Source: Deltaproteobacteria bacterium (lineage in GTDB: Bacteria; Desulfobacterota; Deferrisomatia; Deferrisomatales; BM512). From it: a stretch of 64,000 bases of DNA. The stretch is from contig JAUVAU010000003.1 of the NCBI GenBank assembly GCA_030591565.1, forward strand, positions 4,879-68,878. Direction: 5' to 3'. The notes beneath the pieces are model-generated. The model was not told the DNA's origin and did not search any database. It saw only the letters and a program-made list of their open reading frames with translations. Shown here one piece after another: positions 17,967 to 26,911 of the stretch (the stretch's first letter is position 1; every line of letters begins with the position of its first letter). The position numbers and the translations under genes are program-made.

Positions 17967-17996
17967 GAGGGGAGCCCAGCGGCTCCCCTCTCTTTT
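17967..17996 (+). terminator. Rho-independent terminator
   Basis: GAGGGGAGCC-cagc-GGCTCCCCTC followed by TCTTTT. Confidence 0.6.
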
Positions 17997-18162
17997 CGGA
18001 TTAACGGTATCGTTTTAAACCATCCAATAATATCAAGACGATGGGAAACTTTGTAGAATTGAGCATAAACCGGGGAAAGCAACAAGTGCAGAGAATCGGA
18101 ACTGACTGTGACTACAAATACTGTGAACCGTCAGAGCCCGTGGGAGTCATAGGGCTGCTTTG

Positions 18163-18426
18163 CTACCCTCCACTCCGGGTCAGGGGTTGCAACAGGTATT
18201 CCTTTTCCTTGGCGGTCAGGCTGTCGTCACTATCACCGCTTGGGTGCAGCAATTTTTCCAGCTCCTCGCCGAGCATGGCGCGCAACGCCAGCAGTTGCCG
18301 CTGATATTCTGTACAGCGGGGGCAAAGCCAGAGGTGGAACGCCAGCGACAACCGCTCTTTCAGCGGTAGCGGCGCATCCAGGCCTTTGGATACTTGACGG
18401 GCCGCTTCGCGACACTGAAGCATCAT
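18163..18426 (-). CDS. anti-sigma factor (zf-HC2 type)
   Basis: MMLQCREAARQ...H..LC..C motif. ATGA overlap with the stop of the upstream ECF sigma gene. Confidence 0.7.
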   Translation of the reverse strand: MMLQCREAARQVSKGLDAPLPLKERLSLAFHLWLCPRCTEYQRQLLALRAMLGEELEKLLHPSGDSDDSLTAKEKEYLLQPLTRSGG

Positions 18427-19049
18427 CCCAATTCCTTTCCGTGGACAAACCCACTTCGTTCCAGACAGGCCCGTAGAGCCAGGCGCGCTCGGTGGAGTAT
18501 CACCCATACATTGGTCGTCGTAGTCTCGAATTCCTTACAGAGTTCCTCGGTGCTCAGCCCCTCCATCTCGCGAAGAACGAAGATGCTTGCCCGCTTGGCC
18601 TGGAGCCCCTGAAGGCAAAGCTGAAGCGCTTTTCGGAACTGTTTACGGTCCAGCGCCCTGCTGGGGTCGAAGGGCCATGCTCCCGGTGGCGCGAGCCACT
18701 GACCATTCTCGGCGAACAGCTCCGCCTCCGGGTCTGCAACCGGGCTGTCCGGGGACCGGGCTACCCGTCGAAAATGATCTACGATCTTGTGACGCAGGAT
18801 GCCTATGAGCCATGTCTTCGGGCTGGAGCGTCCATTGAACTCAGCGCCCTTCACCACGGCAAGGAAGGTCTCCTGCACCAGCTCCAGGGCCACCTCACGG
18901 TTGCCCACCCTTGACATGGCGTACCGGAAGAGAGCATCCGCGTACTCGGTCGCCCACCGCTCGATATCGGCTTCGGCGACAATGGCTCCTGCCGGGGTGA
19001 TTTGGGGTGCGCTGCTGGAGGACTCCTGATTATCCATGGTAGGCACCAT
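18423..19049 (-). CDS. ECF-type RNA polymerase sigma-70 family factor
   Basis: Region 2 (ELVQETFLAV..., PKTWLIGILRHKIVDHFRR) and region 4 (LREMEGLSTEELCKEFETTTTNVWVILHRARLALR). Confidence 0.9.
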   Translation of the reverse strand: MVPTMDNQESSSSAPQITPAGAIVAEADIERWATEYADALFRYAMSRVGNREVALELVQETFLAVVKGAEFNGRSSPKTWLIGILRHKIVDHFRRVARSPDSPVADPEAELFAENGQWLAPPGAWPFDPSRALDRKQFRKALQLCLQGLQAKRASIFVLREMEGLSTEELCKEFETTTTNVWVILHRARLALRACLERSGFVHGKELG

Positions 19050-19368
19050 ATATGAAAATTGGAACTACTGCCAACAACTACCTAAGCGTTCGGACTGCAT
19101 GCAAAACCCGCCACTCGCTCAAGTGCCGCCTCGCCGCCGACACTGACATCAACGACTCGAATAACGCTCCAATCACCTGCCCGGGTCGGGGCAGGTGTAA
19201 GGAAATATTTTATTGAACGACAGATCGGTTATATATCGGAAAAAACACGCTGAGGAAAGGAGGCCTCCGAATTTGCGACCAGCTGCCCAGGGCGGCAACT
19301 CAGGCTGTTGACAATGCCAGGGGAAATCAAAATGCACTATTCGAAGTTAACTACAGAAGGAGAATGCT

Positions 19369-19887
19369 ATGACACGCAAGATTTTAGGTACGTTGGTGGT
19401 GGGTGCGCTCTTGGTTGTGTGGGGCTGTGCGGCCTCGCAACATAAAACGGCACAAGCGGGGCCTTCGGAGCTGACGGGCGCGTCCGTTTGGAGTTGGATG
19501 CAGGAGCAGTCATATCAATCGTGGACGATGTGGCCGGGCAAGAGCGCCTTGTATAAAGGCCGCGAACCCCACGGGATGCTCCTGACTACCTACGTGAACG
19601 GACCGGCCGGCCATGCGGCAAAATACAACAAGCGCCCCATGCCCGAGGGTGCGGTGATCGTAAAAGAGAACTACAAGCCGACCAAGGAGCTGGCCGCGAT
19701 CACTGTAATGGTGAAATCGAAGGGCTACAACCCCGACGGCGGCGACTGGTGGTGGGCGAAATACGGCCCGGATGGCACGACCTTGAAGGAAGGCACAGTA
19801 GGTGGGTGTCTTAACTGCCACGGCATGGAAAAAGGGAACGACTACATCCTGACCGACACGGACCACCAGCACGACAAGCATAAATAG
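19369..19887 (+). CDS. cytochrome P460-family lipoprotein (single C-terminal CxxCH)
   Basis: Lipobox VVWGC. HGMLLTTYVN, VIVKENY, ITVMVKSKGY, GDWWWAKY, and a C-terminal CLNCH. This layout is typical of P460 / cytochrome c'-beta proteins. Confidence 0.65.
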   Translation: MTRKILGTLVVGALLVVWGCAASQHKTAQAGPSELTGASVWSWMQEQSYQSWTMWPGKSALYKGREPHGMLLTTYVNGPAGHAAKYNKRPMPEGAVIVKENYKPTKELAAITVMVKSKGYNPDGGDWWWAKYGPDGTTLKEGTVGGCLNCHGMEKGNDYILTDTDHQHDKHK

Positions 19888-19933
19888 AGGTAGCTTCACC
19901 GTTCCAAACTCATTTTCGAGACAGGAGATAACC

Positions 19934-20290
19934 ATGAAAGTAAAAATTCTGATTATCGCTATTTTATCTATTTTCGTAGCCGCCGGTGTGGCGTCAAGTG
20001 CAACTTCCGCCGGGAATGGTTGTGAGACTATGTCGAAAAAGGGGACGGCGTCATGCCAGTGCGGTGATGCGAACTGCGCCTGCGCAAGCGGCGACTCCTC
20101 CAAATGCTCCTGCGCAACGGACTGCAAGTGCGGCGACGCGAACTGCGCCTGTGCGAGCGGCGACTCCTCCAAGTGCAAATGCAGCCAGGCCAAATGTGAT
20201 TGCAGTGGCAACGTAGATGGCAAATGCTCCTGTGACGCCGATTGCACGTGCGGACACTGCATGACCGATGGCAAAGCCGGACCTGTCTGA
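19934..20290 (+). CDS. secreted Cys-rich metallothionein-like repeat protein
   Basis: Signal peptide, then about 24 Cys in 90 residues. CGDANCACASGDSSKC occurs twice. Confidence 0.75.
   Translation: MKVKILIIAILSIFVAAGVASSATSAGNGCETMSKKGTASCQCGDANCACASGDSSKCSCATDCKCGDANCACASGDSSKCKCSQAKCDCSGNVDGKCSCDADCTCGHCMTDGKAGPV
20060..20176 (+). repeat. coding tandem duplication (two near-identical 48-nt segments, 69-nt period)
   Basis: TGCGGTGATGCGAACTGCGCCTGCGCAAGCGGCGACTCCTCCAAATGC versus TGCGGCGACGCGAACTGCGCCTGTGCGAGCGGCGACTCCTCCAAGTGC. Confidence 0.85.
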
Positions 20291-20563
20291 GCATCACGAA
20301 ACCATACCAGTATCCCGGCCATGAACACCTTAATTATGGCGGAGACAAACAGGGGTGCACAGACTACCCTTGTACACTCAAATTCGAGTGGGAAAGCTGT
20401 GCATCCCATCTTGTCTCGAAGAGCCACAACGCATTGTGTGGCAGGTAGATGGTTCATAAAAAGCAACCTATGACTGTCAGCCGACGGGCTTGCGGCGCAC
20501 TTGAAATACCAGTCCAAGACCAGGCGCGAGTCCTTTACCTGTTTCCGATAAAGAGGAGAAAAA

Positions 20564-21019
20564 ATGTTGAAGACAATTACCGCCTTAACCATGGTCACGA
20601 TGTTGTGCGTATCTGTCTCCCACGCAGCCGACGGATTGGTTCGAGTAAAAAGCGCCCACGACGTGGCTACGACCGCCGAACGTCTGAGTACGATTCTGAC
20701 CGAGAGGGGGATGAACATCATCGCCAGGGTCCAACACTCCGAAGCAGCCAAGAACGCTCAACTGGAGCTGCGCCCGACGGAACTATTGATATTCGGGAAT
20801 CCTAAAGTCGGGACGCCGCTGATGCAGTGCGGGCAAGCCGTCGGGATCGATCTACCCCAAAAGGCCCTGATCTGGGAAGACGAGGCTGGGGGCGTGTGGC
20901 TCGCCTACAATGATACGGAATACCTGAAAGGGCGGCATTCGCTGGAGGGGTGCGACGCTGTGTTGGGGAAAGTCTCGACCGCGCTGGCCGGTTTTGCCGA
21001 GGCCGCCACCGCACCATAA
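20564..21019 (+). CDS. DUF302 domain protein, secreted
   Basis: Signal peptide. LLIFGNPKVGTPLM...GIDLPQKALIWEDE..GVWLAYND, typical of DUF302. Confidence 0.85.
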   Translation: MLKTITALTMVTMLCVSVSHAADGLVRVKSAHDVATTAERLSTILTERGMNIIARVQHSEAAKNAQLELRPTELLIFGNPKVGTPLMQCGQAVGIDLPQKALIWEDEAGGVWLAYNDTEYLKGRHSLEGCDAVLGKVSTALAGFAEAATAP

Positions 21020-21120
21020 AGAGGAATATCGCAACCATTGAGACCGGGTAGATATACGGCGTCAGTTCGCGCTGATGCGAGTCAATCTTCAATCACGACC
21101 AACAAGAAAGAGAGCTTTTC

Positions 21121-22518
21121 ATGGTTTACGTGTTACCCGTGCTGGCGGGCTTTGTAGCCATTACGTCGATTATATTGTCACCGAAGGCGCGAACGGAAGG
21201 CACCTTTTTCAAGGGGCTGAGTGCGACCGGCGCACAACCGGGATTGTTGACCCTGGTATTCTCGCAGGTCACAACCTGGATTTTTGCCCGTTCGCTGCTT
21301 AATGCGGCAATCCTCGGATTTTATTACGGTATCTGGGGAACGCTGGCTTACGCCTTCTACTATTTTTCCTTTTTGACCGGTGGCCGCATTGTCGATCATT
21401 TACGCTTCGAGCAGGGTTTCAATAGCGTCCAGGCGTTCTTGTTCGCCCGTTTCGGTCGAGCCGGGACCAGCTGCTATAATTTTGTCGTCGGCGTGAGGTT
21501 GATCAGCGAGGTGTTCGCCAACCTGCTGGTGATCGGCATCCTCTTCGGCGAAGCCGGTTCGCAAACCTACACCCTGGTGATCCTCGCCTTTGCCGCGGTC
21601 ACCCTGTTTTACTCGATGCTCGGTGGCCTGCACGCTTCGCTTCGCACCGATCTGTTCCAGATGGTTCTCTTTCTCGGAACCCTGGCGATGCTGCTGGTGA
21701 TGGTGATAGGCAGCCAAACCATCGCCCTTGGCGATCTCTGGTCCGTATCGTTCGATGCCAGCGAGCCCGGACCGGTGTTGATGATAGTCGCGCTGTTGCA
21801 GGTCTGGAGCTACCCGATGCACGACCCGGTGATGATGGACCGTGGCTTCCTGGCCGACCGGGAGACAACCCGACGTAGTTTTCTGCACGCCTGCTGGATC
21901 AGCTTCATCTGCATCTTGCTCTTCGGTTGTCTGGGCGTCCTGGCGGGGGCAAACGCCGTGGGTGGCGAAGCCCTGAACGCGACCCTTGAGCGGCTGCTCG
22001 GTGAAGTGCCGATGCTCGTCTTCAGCAGCTGTCTGATTATTTCGGCCATGTCGACCCTCGACAGCACCCTCTCCAGCTCAGCCAAATTGATCGCCTACGA
22101 CATGGGAATGGTGAAGACGACGCTGCGAAACGGTCGGCTGGTGATGGTAGCCTTTATGCTGCTCGGGCTGTTTCTGCTCTTCCTCGGCAACAAGGACCTT
22201 TTCAGCGCCGTCGCCGTTAGCGGTACGGTCTCAATGTATCTGGCTCCCGTGATCTTTTTTTCCCTCTGGGGCAACCGCAGCGACATCCCGGTGTGGAGCT
22301 ACCTGCTGAGCTTTGTTCTGGCCCTGGTCGGTGCGCTGCTCTACTTCACCGAATCCAGCGGTTACTCCGCCATGCTCGGCGACATCCACAAATACACCAA
22401 GCTCCTCTATATCTGTATCGCAGTGCTTGGCGGCGGCACCCTCTCCTTCTGGCTGGGGGGACGCCTCTCTCGACCAAGAGCAACGGGAGCAGCCGGAGTA
22501 GCGGGAGCAGTGAAATGA
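21121..22518 (+). CDS. sodium:solute symporter-like polytopic membrane transporter
   Basis: 465 aa, about 12 hydrophobic helices, SSS-like ...FLFARFG motif. Confidence 0.7.
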   Translation: MVYVLPVLAGFVAITSIILSPKARTEGTFFKGLSATGAQPGLLTLVFSQVTTWIFARSLLNAAILGFYYGIWGTLAYAFYYFSFLTGGRIVDHLRFEQGFNSVQAFLFARFGRAGTSCYNFVVGVRLISEVFANLLVIGILFGEAGSQTYTLVILAFAAVTLFYSMLGGLHASLRTDLFQMVLFLGTLAMLLVMVIGSQTIALGDLWSVSFDASEPGPVLMIVALLQVWSYPMHDPVMMDRGFLADRETTRRSFLHACWISFICILLFGCLGVLAGANAVGGEALNATLERLLGEVPMLVFSSCLIISAMSTLDSTLSSSAKLIAYDMGMVKTTLRNGRLVMVAFMLLGLFLLFLGNKDLFSAVAVSGTVSMYLAPVIFFSLWGNRSDIPVWSYLLSFVLALVGALLYFTESSGYSAMLGDIHKYTKLLYICIAVLGGGTLSFWLGGRLSRPRATGAAGVAGAVK

Positions 22519-23366
22519 GCCGGACCAAGGTCCGCGATCTTGGCCGACTGGAGGGGCCGGTCCTGGTCTTCGGCGGGGCCTACAGCAACCTGGCTGCGAC
22601 GACCGCGTTGCGCAAGGAAGCCAACCGGCTGGGTATCCCGCCGGAGCGGATCATCTGCACAGGCGATCTTGTCGCCTACTGTGCCGAACCGGAACAGACG
22701 GTCGAACTGATCCGCGATTGGGGAGTGCACGTGGTAATGGGAAACTGCGAAAAGTCGCTGGCCGAGCGCGCCATCGACTGTGGCTGCGGCTTTGACGAGG
22801 GGGGCACCTGCGCGGCCCTTTCGGTGGACTGGTACCAATATGCAGACAGTAAAATCAGCGCGCAAGACAGGGGCTGGATGGGCGAGCTGCCGCACCGGCT
22901 GGTCTTTGAGTTCGGCGCTCGTAAGTTCACAGTGGTCCATGGCGGCGTCACCCAGCTCAACCGCTTTCTCTTCGCCTCATCACCCGGGGCGGAAAAACAG
23001 CTGGAGTTTGACGCCCTGGAAGACGGGACAGATGGGGTGATCGCAGGGCACTGTGGAATCCCCTTTGGTCAAATGGTCGGGGAAAAGGTCTGGCTCAATG
23101 CCGGGGTGATCGGCATGCCGGCCAATGACGGCACCCGGGATGGCTGGTACATGTTGCTTGACCACGCAGCAGCACAACTACAGGCCCACTGGCGTCGGCT
23201 GGCCTATCCCTGCGGGGATACCCGGCAGACAATGCACAGGGCTGGGCTCAACTCCGGCTATGCCGATGCGATCATGAGTGGACTCTGGCCGAGCGAAGAT
23301 GTGCTTCCTTATGCAGAAAAAAGATTGCGTGGCAAAGCACTGACGTTGGAGCCGCTCACGTTCTGA
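22515..23366 (+). CDS. metallophosphoesterase family protein
   Basis: VFGGAYSN, TGDLVAY, GNCE, VVHGG, AGHCG metal-ligand motifs. ATGA overlap with the transporter stop. The track ORF's upstream extension lies inside the transporter gene. Confidence 0.8.
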   Translation: MSRTKVRDLGRLEGPVLVFGGAYSNLAATTALRKEANRLGIPPERIICTGDLVAYCAEPEQTVELIRDWGVHVVMGNCEKSLAERAIDCGCGFDEGGTCAALSVDWYQYADSKISAQDRGWMGELPHRLVFEFGARKFTVVHGGVTQLNRFLFASSPGAEKQLEFDALEDGTDGVIAGHCGIPFGQMVGEKVWLNAGVIGMPANDGTRDGWYMLLDHAAAQLQAHWRRLAYPCGDTRQTMHRAGLNSGYADAIMSGLWPSEDVLPYAEKRLRGKALTLEPLTF

Positions 23367-23491
23367 TTTAGTTTGCTCAAAATATATAATTTGCCCCCCA
23401 TCTTAATGGGGAAGAGCAGCTAACATATCCTAAACACTCAAAATTCCAAATTTACTACGTATTAAGGGCAATACGCTGTACCATTTCACTG

Positions 23492-23520
23492 TTGACACAG
23501 GGGAATACCGGGGGCATACT
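23492..23520 (+). promoter_or_regulatory. sigma70-like promoter candidate (TTGACA-17-CATACT)
   Basis: Perfect -35, 17-nt spacer, 4/6 -10. About 40 nt upstream of the first NifX-like gene. Confidence 0.35.
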
Positions 23521-23556
23521 GTGCTTATACACAAAACGTGAGATGGGAGTGGTTAG

Positions 23557-23919
23557 ATGAAAATTGCAATTACCGCAATGGGGGCAACTCCAAACGACTC
23601 GGTGGATGAGCGTTTCGGGAGGGCCTATTGGATTCTTTTTTATGATGACGAGGCCGATAGCTGGGATGCCTTTGACAATTCCGAAGCGCGTAACGCCATG
23701 CAGGGCGCGGGCATCCGTGCCGCGCAGGCCGTGGCGGATCGTGGCGCGGAGGTCGTCGTCACAGGCGCAACCGGCCCCAAGGCCTTCCAGGCGCTAAGTG
23801 CCGCTGGAATCAAGATATACCACGGCGCGAAGGGTACCACTGCGGCCCAGGCTCTTGAAGCGATGCAAGGCGATGAGCTGGAAGTGGCAAGCGCGCCTTC
23901 CAGTCCGGGTCACGTATAA
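23557..23919 (+). CDS. NifB/NifX-family (dinitrogenase FeMo-cofactor-binding-like) domain protein
   Basis: MKIAITA...FGRA..F.IYD...AG...V.TG..GP.A...L...GI. Confidence 0.85.
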   Translation: MKIAITAMGATPNDSVDERFGRAYWILFYDDEADSWDAFDNSEARNAMQGAGIRAAQAVADRGAEVVVTGATGPKAFQALSAAGIKIYHGAKGTTAAQALEAMQGDELEVASAPSSPGHV

Positions 23920-23968
23920 AACCATCTATGTAAAATAGTCTTATCAACACAATATACGGAGAAAATTT

Positions 23969-24346
23969 ATGATGAATCAGAGTGTTTTGGCAATTCCTTC
24001 CATGGCTCCCGGTGGGTTGGAGGCCGCCCGTTCGGGACATTTCGGACGGTGTGACGTGTTTACCATGATCCACCTCGAAGATGGAGCGGTCAGCCAGTGC
24101 CGAGTCGTATCAAATGTCGAACACAGCGAAGGCGGGTGCCTCGTGCCCGTCAATCTCCTGCAGAAAGAGGGTGCGACCTCCATCGTCGTTGGCGGCATCG
24201 GCATGCGCCCGCTCATGGGTTTTAAATCTGTAGGTATTGATGTTCTGGTGGGCGCGGGCGATACGGTGGGAGACGTTGTGGAACTGTATCTCAAAGGCGA
24301 AGTTCGTCCCATCAGCGAAAATGACGTCTGCGGGGGTCATGGTTAA
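23969..24346 (+). CDS. NifB/NifX-family domain protein (second copy)
   Basis: HFGRCDVFTMI...VVGGIGMRPLMGFKSVGIDV. Confidence 0.85.
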   Translation: MMNQSVLAIPSMAPGGLEAARSGHFGRCDVFTMIHLEDGAVSQCRVVSNVEHSEGGCLVPVNLLQKEGATSIVVGGIGMRPLMGFKSVGIDVLVGAGDTVGDVVELYLKGEVRPISENDVCGGHG

Positions 24347-24390
24347 ACACTGTGGCGGTTGAGAAGATCGACCACAAGAGGAGGTGCAAG

Positions 24391-24663
24391 ATGCCTTTTG
24401 GAGATGGAACAGGACCGAGAAGTGTTGGAATGGGGGCCGGAATGGGGCGCGGCAACGGGAGGGGGCGCGGCCAATGTATGGGAGGCCAGGGCGCCATGCT
24501 CCGCAATCGCGGGGGAGGTGCCGGCTTCGCCGCACCCACAGTGGAGGGGCAAACTGAATTGGAGGCGATGAAGGCGCGGCTGGAATCGCTCCGAAGTGAA
24601 GTGGAGATGCTGCGTCAAACCATGGCGCGGCTATCTTCAGAGCAGGAGGAGGCGCAGGGTTGA
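24391..24663 (+). CDS. DUF5320-like protein (Gly/Arg-rich N-terminus, coiled-coil C-terminus)
   Basis: MPFGDGTGP..GMGAGMGRGNGRGRG then a coiled coil. Start at ATG 24391 with a GAGGAGGTG SD. Confidence 0.7.
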   Translation: MPFGDGTGPRSVGMGAGMGRGNGRGRGQCMGGQGAMLRNRGGGAGFAAPTVEGQTELEAMKARLESLRSEVEMLRQTMARLSSEQEEAQG

Positions 24664-24740
24664 TCCCTGCCCTCTTTCTCCCTGCCCTCTCTGCCTGATC
24701 TCTCTGGGTAAGAGACACACTCAAAACAGAAAGCGAGTTT

Positions 24741-25637
24741 ATGAAAATCACCATCGCGAGCGGAAAAGGAGGGACGGGGAAGACGACCGTAGCCACCAAT
24801 CTGGCGCTCTCTCTCACACGCACCGGACACCGGGTCGCATTGCTGGACTGTGATGTGGAGGAGCCCAACTGTCACCTCTTCATCCAGCCCTCCTTCGAGA
24901 AATCGTCAAAGGTTACCGTGCCGGTTCCCCGCGTCGATATGGAGAAATGCACCGGCTGCGGAAAATGCGCCGAGGTCTGCGCCTTCGCCGCCATAGCGGT
25001 GTTGGGGGGGAACGTTCTGGTCTTCGACAATCTCTGCCACAGCTGCGGCGGCTGCATGCTCTTTTGTCCTGAAAAAGCCATCTCGGAAGTAGATCGCGAA
25101 ATTGGAATAGTAGAGCATGGAACGGCGAAGGGTTTCAGCTTCACGCAGGGCATTCTCAACGTCGGAGAAGTCAACACCCCGCCGCTGATCAAAGAGGTCA
25201 AGCGACAGGCAAGTGAGGCTGAAATAATCATTCTCGATGCGCCGCCGGGGACCTCCTGCCAGGTCATTGAGACGATTCAGGAATCGGACTTCGTGCTGTT
25301 AGTGACGGAACCGACCCCGTTTGGTCTCAACGACCTCGAAATTGCGGTGGAGATGGTTCGCGCACTGGAGATTCCCTTTGCGGTGGCCGTCAACCGCCAC
25401 GGCATCGGGGACGACAGGGTACACACCTATTGCGAAGAGGAGGGCATCCCCCTCCTGCTCGAAATCAACGAAGACCGGCGGATCGCCGAGGCCTACTCCG
25501 TCGGACAACTCGCCGTGGAGGTTATGCCCGAGTTGGAAAATAAATTCATTGAATTTTACGACTCCATCGCTCACCACCTTCATGTGGGCGGCATAGGCGG
25601 CTCTGACGAAAAACTCTCCCGACGCGGGGGGGGGTAA
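24741..25637 (+). CDS. MinD/ParA-type P-loop ATPase with inserted 2x[4Fe-4S] ferredoxin domain
   Basis: SGKGGTGKTT Walker A. CTGCGKCAEVC and CHSCGGCMLFCP. The last ~15 codons and the stop lie inside repeat copy 1. Confidence 0.85.
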   Translation: MKITIASGKGGTGKTTVATNLALSLTRTGHRVALLDCDVEEPNCHLFIQPSFEKSSKVTVPVPRVDMEKCTGCGKCAEVCAFAAIAVLGGNVLVFDNLCHSCGGCMLFCPEKAISEVDREIGIVEHGTAKGFSFTQGILNVGEVNTPPLIKEVKRQASEAEIIILDAPPGTSCQVIETIQESDFVLLVTEPTPFGLNDLEIAVEMVRALEIPFAVAVNRHGIGDDRVHTYCEEEGIPLLLEINEDRRIAEAYSVGQLAVEVMPELENKFIEFYDSIAHHLHVGGIGGSDEKLSRRGGG

Positions 25638-25860
25638 CACTAAACAGGACTAAACCGGGCTAAACCGGGCTAAACCGGAGCTTTTGACCGATGACTGGGC
25701 AAACGCCTGGCTAAGCCGACGATAAACTGGAAACCCCGAAGATCATTCGAGGATTAGGAAGGGAAGAAAAATGACCGCAGGCATACTGATAGGTATTTCG
25801 AGGATCATTTTTCGCCCCTGACAACGTCAATCGGAGGATATCCGGGGTTTTTCAACAAGC
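25592..25860 (+). repeat. interspersed intergenic repeat, copy 1 (orientation A)
   Basis: Aligns along its length with 29008-29238, 34254-34519, 35861-36097 and 44913-45143. Contains 4 tandem CTAAAC(C/A)GGG units. Lies between two co-directional operon genes. Confidence 0.9.
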
Positions 25861-25888
25861 TCATAGAGACGATGGAGGTGGTTTCGCC

Positions 25889-26761
25889 ATGAAAGAACTG
25901 GTAATCATCAGCGGCAAAGGGGGCACGGGCAAGACCAGCATCGTCGCCTCATTCGCCGCTTTGGCAAAGCAAAAACTCATGGTCGACTGCGACGTTGACG
26001 CTGCGGACCTTCATCTGGTTCTGACCCCGACGGTGGAAAAGCGGGAAGAGTTCATCGGCGGAAAGGTCGCGCAACTCGACGGTGAAAATTGCACCGGGTG
26101 CGGCGTCTGTATGGAAGTTTGCCGGTTTGACGCGGTCGAGGTGAAACAGGGAGACGTTTACACAATTGACGAGATATCCTGCGAGGGATGCGGCGTCTGC
26201 GCTCTTTCCTGCCCCGTCGAGGCGATATCGATGGAGGACGCCGTCAGCGGCGAGTGGTTCATCAGCGCCACCCGACACGGCCCCATGATACACGGCAAAC
26301 TGGGGGTGGGCGGCGAAAATAGCGGGAAAATGGTCGCCCTCCTGCGAGAGCAGGCAAAGCAGCTGGCCGAGCGAGAGGGGTTGGAGTTGATTATCGTAGA
26401 TGGTTCTCCGGGGATCGGATGTGCAGTCATCGCCTCCATCACCGGTGCGGACCAGGTCCTTATTGTCGCGGAACCCACAGTGACGGCCATCCACGACCTG
26501 CGCAGAGTGTCGGAGTTGGCGCGTAATTTCAAAATCCCCACGGCGCTCTGCATCAACAAATGGGAGATAAACCCCGACCTTTCCGCCCAGATTGAAGCAG
26601 AGTGCGCGGAGACGGGGATTCAATTCGTGGGGAAGATACCCTATGATCCCGCTGTCGTGGGTGCCCAGCTTGAAGCCTTGACCGTCGTCGAGTTTGCCCA
26701 GGGGGCGTTGCCCGACGCCATCGGCGAGGTGTGGAAGAAAACCCGGCAAGCGATGGAGTAG
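25889..26761 (+). CDS. MinD/ParA-type P-loop ATPase with inserted 2x[4Fe-4S] ferredoxin domain (second copy)
   Basis: SGKGGTGKTS. CTGCGVCMEVC and CEGCGVCALSCP. Confidence 0.9.
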   Translation: MKELVIISGKGGTGKTSIVASFAALAKQKLMVDCDVDAADLHLVLTPTVEKREEFIGGKVAQLDGENCTGCGVCMEVCRFDAVEVKQGDVYTIDEISCEGCGVCALSCPVEAISMEDAVSGEWFISATRHGPMIHGKLGVGGENSGKMVALLREQAKQLAEREGLELIIVDGSPGIGCAVIASITGADQVLIVAEPTVTAIHDLRRVSELARNFKIPTALCINKWEINPDLSAQIEAECAETGIQFVGKIPYDPAVVGAQLEALTVVEFAQGALPDAIGEVWKKTRQAME

Positions 26762-26838
26762 CCACCGGACAAAATCATTTGGGAGAGAAGGCCCAAATTA
26801 TAGCTGGTTGACTATAGCTGCTCGGTTACGTCTGCAGG

Positions 26839-26911
26839 CTTGACGTATTTCGAGGATCATTTCTTAGCCTGCCGAAGTCAATCGGAAAAAAGGCAGCCCT
26901 TCTCAGCGATC
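26839..26911 (+). repeat. short repeat module related to the right-hand part of the large repeat
   Basis: CTTGACGTATTTCGAGGATCATTTCTTAGCCTGCCGAAGTCAATCGGAAAAAAGGCAGCC... matches 42762-42835 and the TATTTCGAGGATCATTT...GTCAATCGGAGG core of the large copies. Confidence 0.75.

Noticed and set aside
22293-22514. N-terminal extension of the phosphoesterase ORF (track start 22293)
   Set aside because: The extension lies entirely within the transporter gene in another frame and is Arg/Ser/Leu-rich. The ATGA-coupled start at 22515 gives a normal metallophosphoesterase N-terminus.
25639-25679. CRISPR array
   Set aside because: The tandem units are only 10-11 nt, are contiguous without spacers, and sit inside a dispersed repeat. 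No cas genes are in the window.
25740-25820. Conserved mini-ORF inside the interspersed repeat (AGGAAGGGAAG SD-like, ATG ACC GCA GGC..., encoding MTAGI(P/L)I(S/G)ISRIIFRP)
   Set aside because: Copy 2 has a 1-nt deletion and copy 4 a substitution removing the stop. The reading frame and length are therefore not preserved while the nucleotide sequence is, which indicates non-coding conservation.
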